Shown: positions 61,463 through 64,000 of the stretch, piece by piece | Position numbering within the stretch: position 1 is the stretch's first letter | Layout of the letters: each line of letters starts with the position of its first letter | Assembly (NCBI GenBank): GCA_951406725.2 | Contig: OX597816.1 | Location: 182,356,137 to 182,420,136 of the forward strand | Length of the DNA: 64,000 nt | Source of the DNA: Octopus vulgaris | Taxonomy: Eukaryota | Direction of reading: 5' to 3' | Notes under the pieces: model-generated | Databases searched by the model: none | What the model was told of the DNA's origin: nothing | What the model saw: only the letters and a program-made list of their open reading frames with translations | Made by a program: the position numbers and the translations under genes

Positions 61463-64000
61463 AGGAGAAAGGAGAAGGAGAAAGGAGTCATGGAGGAGTT
61501 GCTATGTACATCCGTGGGGACCTCACACCCCAGGTCCTTTTGTCATACTCAAACTCGGTGTGTGACACACTAATTGTACACATAAGGCAACTTGATGTAG
61601 TTGTGTGTGCTACATATCGCCCTCCAGATGCCCCAAGTCATATGGGAAAGTTTGAGGACTGCCTTTTAAAAATAGAAGAAGTTCTAATCACATTAGAACA
61701 ACACATAAGTGTACTTCTCATGGGAGACTTCAATCTACCCAATGTCAGATGGCCCGAGGGCCTTTCTCTCCCAGGAATGACAAGATGTGAACGAGGACAG
61801 GCGAGGTCCCTCCTGAACCTCATCAACACCCTGTACATGGAGCAAGTGATACTCCAACCAACCAGAGCAGGTAACACACTGGATCTCTGCTTCACAAATA
61901 ATATGGATCTCATCCATAATGTGAAAGTGACACCGACACTACTCTCGGATCACAACATGGTAGAGCTGACCATGTACGGGCCAAAAGAGAGCACGGACAT
62001 GCATCCTACAAGAAACCCTCAGAATCTTTCCAGCTTGAACTTCAATAAGGCAAACTGGAAACAAATTGAGAAAGAGATCCTCAAACAAAACTGGCCTGAA
62101 TGTCTCTCCTCGCCGGACATCGACATGAAACTTCAACAATTCATGTCTGTAATGCAAGCCATATGCTACAAATGTGTCCCAGAGAGAAAGGCCACTGTAC
62201 ACAAGAACAAAATCCCCAGAGAGAGGAAAATTTTAATGAGACGGCGTACAAAAATTTCAAATCGCCTAAACAAACAAATTGAAAGCAGTGAAAAGTCCCG
62301 CCTGAAAATAAAACTGTTAGAAATTGAAAATTGTCTGCAACTCTCCCATGAGAAGGAGAGAGCAGACAAAGAAGCCTGGGCTATAGACAACATAAAAACT
62401 AACCCCAGAGCTTTCTACAGGTATGCCAAAGAAACAGCTACGGTGCACTGTAGGATAGGGCCATCCTTGAAAAGGATGGCACACTCACAGGAAAACCAAT
62501 GAGGGTAAGTGAAATACTGAATGAACAATTCAAGAGTGTTTTCACTCCACCCCTTGGGCATTTCCAAATCACCAATCCAACTGACTTCTTTACCACTGCA
62601 GATATAGAATCAGAGGCGGCGACGATAAATTACATCGATATAAAGGAAGACGATGTAATAAAGGCTATAGATGAAATGAAAACAGACTCAGCTATTGGCC
62701 CCGATGGATTCCCGGCAATCCTCATAAAAGCATGTAAGAGAGTCCTAGCAAGACCACTGCAGTTCCTCTTTCAGGAAGGAAACTTGCAGCTGGCAAACTT
62801 CCAAGAAAACTGAAGGAAGGTAAAATATGCCCCATTCATAAAGGAGGTAGCAGAGCGGAGACCAAGAACTACAGACCTATCTCTCTGACCTCACACATCA
62901 GCAAGGTCATGGAACGAATAGTCAGAAGGAAACTAATCACCTTCCTTGAAGAAAATGACTTGCTGCCTGACACCCAACATGGTTTCCGACCAGGAAGAAG
63001 CTGCTTAACTCAGCTCCTGCAGCACTATGACTGGGTGCTGAAACAACTGCTCAACCACTCAAATGTGGAAGTGATATATCTCGACTTCGCAAAGGCCTTC
63101 GATAAAGTCGATCATGGAATGATATGTCACAAACTGCGTGATCTTGGCATAGTTGGAAAACTGGGAGAATGGCTTCATGACTTTCTGAAGAATAGAAGTC
63201 AGGTGGTAGCAGCCAATGGGGCCACTTCCATTAGCACGCAAATAGTGAGCGGTGTTCCACAGGGCACTGTTTTGGGACCACTACTGTTCATAATGGCCCT
63301 CTCAGACATGCCCTCAGCCACGCGGAGAGCCACGATCACAAGTTATGCAGATGATACAAAAGTTTCACAGGCAATACAGAACCCTGAAGACACTAAGCAC
63401 CTGCAATGTGAGCTGGACGAAATATACAAGTGGGCTGAAAAGAATAGCATGCAGTTCAATGCTGAAAAGTTTCAAGCTTTATACTATCAGCATGCAAAAC
63501 TGAATGCAATACCCAATGAATACACTGGACCCGGAGGGATTGCAATCCCAGAGGCACAATCAGTGCGTGACCTGGGTATTCACATGAGTGATGACGCGAC
63601 CTTTCATGTACATGTTGCTAAACTGACAATGAAATGTAGACGGCTGGCTGGATGGATTCTTAGAACCTTTAGAACAAGAGAACAAGAAACCATGATGGTC
63701 CTCTGGAAGACACTTGTCCTAAGCCACTTTGACTATTGCTCTCAGCTATGGTCACCATCCAGTTTCAAGTTGATCACAGAACTTGAGGCGATCCAACGAA
63801 GCTACACGAAGAAGATAGCCTCTGTGCAGCATACGAGCTACTGGGAAAGACTCAAGAGATTAAAGCTCTATTCCCTGGAGCGTAGGCGAGAAAGATATGC
63901 CATAATATATATCTGGAAGATCCTGGAAGGTCTTGTCCCAGACTTTGGCATCGAGAGTCACACAAACGCCAGAACCGGACGCCACTGCGTAGTACCAAGG
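61463..64000 (+). mobile_element. LINE family A (diverged subfamily), 5'-truncated and frameshifted, running off the window
   Basis: ORFs 61504-62502 and 62499-62813, with continuing RT homology (agttatgcagatgat = SYADD at about 63341). Confidence 0.95.

Overview
Gene-free, repeat-saturated eukaryotic DNA. It is most likely from an octopus-like cephalopod, inferred from the repeat style and not verified. Long interrupted (TA)n tracts alternate with mobile elements whose ends abut the TA tracts. These include five families of APE+RT LINEs (CR1/L2-group-like), each with its own 3' simple-repeat tail and one copy with both ORFs open, two families of Penelope-like elements (RT + Cys linker + GIY-YIG), a tRNA-derived SINE, two defective DD34E Tc1 copies and a 15-bp minisatellite that has captured a LINE fragment. 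The many YIYI ORFs are microsatellite artefacts. The main unannotated signal is a set of type I hammerhead ribozyme (HHR) motifs, folded by eye. Two different non-coding tandem-repeat families (about 495 bp at 47761-50170 and about 479 bp at 50663-51543) carry an HHR in their unit and look like retrozymes, i.e. genomic multimers of small self-cleaving circular RNAs. Further HHR or HHR-like motifs sit in the 3' tails of the Penelope-like elements and in orphan tails, mostly 100-180 nt upstream of the junction with (TA)n. Together this suggests a TA-microsatellite-targeted PLE/retrozyme system. The 45.5-53.9 kb region is a nested palindrome.
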